A stretch of DNA of 63,932 bases, the filler included, from Octopus bimaculoides (lineage: Eukaryota), in NCBI RefSeq assembly GCF_001194135.2. It is 6 parts of 6 records of this genome, joined end to end, with 100 filler letters (N's around TTAATTAATTAA, not from the genome) between each part and the next. Parts side by side here need not be neighbours in the genome. Positions count along the whole stretch, not along the records: positions 62,916 to 63,932 come from NW_026309562.1; 5 more parts are not named here. One strand, given 5' to 3'. The notes under the pieces are model-generated. The model was not told the DNA's origin and did not search any database. It saw only the letters and a program-made list of their open reading frames with translations. Both the position numbers and the translations under genes were made by a program. Below, one piece after another: positions 63,381-63,932 of this stretch. Within the stretch, counting starts at the first letter, position 1. Each line of letters starts with the position of its first letter.

Positions 63381-63414
<34 letters not shown>

Positions 63415-63932
63415 CTCGTAAATTTAGTTATATAATCAGTTATTAGAAGTGAATATACATTTGCTTTTGAATAAAGCGTTTCGCTTGAAGAGAGCGCAAT
63501 ATTAATGAATTACAATATCGAGTAAATGTATTTGAATTGCGAAACAATTGTAAGCTAATGAAACTGATTATACCTTCCCTGTTCGTTTGCCATTGATATT
63601 TATATTATATATATACATACATAAATGAATGGCAAAACAGTAAAGCGAATAACATTCTTTATCTAAAATTTACTACAATTGTTTCGACACCTTTCGAAAT
63701 CCTATTTGCTCCAATGAATAAGAGTGTAAAATGTGAGAAAATAATTGGAGCTATTTCCTTCAATTCAACATAAATTCTCTGGATGCTATGGAATTCCTGA
63801 TGCAAATCCATAAGCACGGGCACTTCAACGGATTGATAGAATTAGATAGCCAATAAGTGTAAAATAGCTTTGCATAGCTTACCCGGAGCATATATATGGT
63901 GTTTATGTGTATCTGTTCTCATATACACGCAT

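Overview
AT-rich, microsatellite-laden animal DNA. The SINE families and simple-repeat spectrum point to an octopus, probably Octopus bimaculoides or a close relative (recognised by eye, not by search). The window is not one contiguous locus. Five identical artificial 100-bp spacers (N44-TTAATTAATTAA-N44) join six scaffold pieces: 1-8135, 8236-31773, 31874-46524, 46625-59857, 59958-62815 and 62916-63932. Ordinary N gaps mostly abut microsatellites. Nearly all long ORFs in the supplied track are microsatellite or gap artefacts. The real content is mainly transposable-element debris: tRNA-derived SINEs, R4/Dong-like, Tx1/L1-like, Hero-like, RTE-like and Penelope-like retroelements, a deleted Ty3/gypsy pol, mariner and maT DNA transposons, a non-autonomous Helitron, a MITE and a long fold-back element. 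A few low-confidence exon sets may belong to host genes. I found no CRISPR, rRNA or true tRNA genes and no convincing new multi-gene system. The best leads are microsatellite-associated retroelement termini, a CpG-depleted scaffold that records DNA methylation, a fold-back element and a candidate signal-peptide gene. Coordinates of degenerate repeats are approximate.
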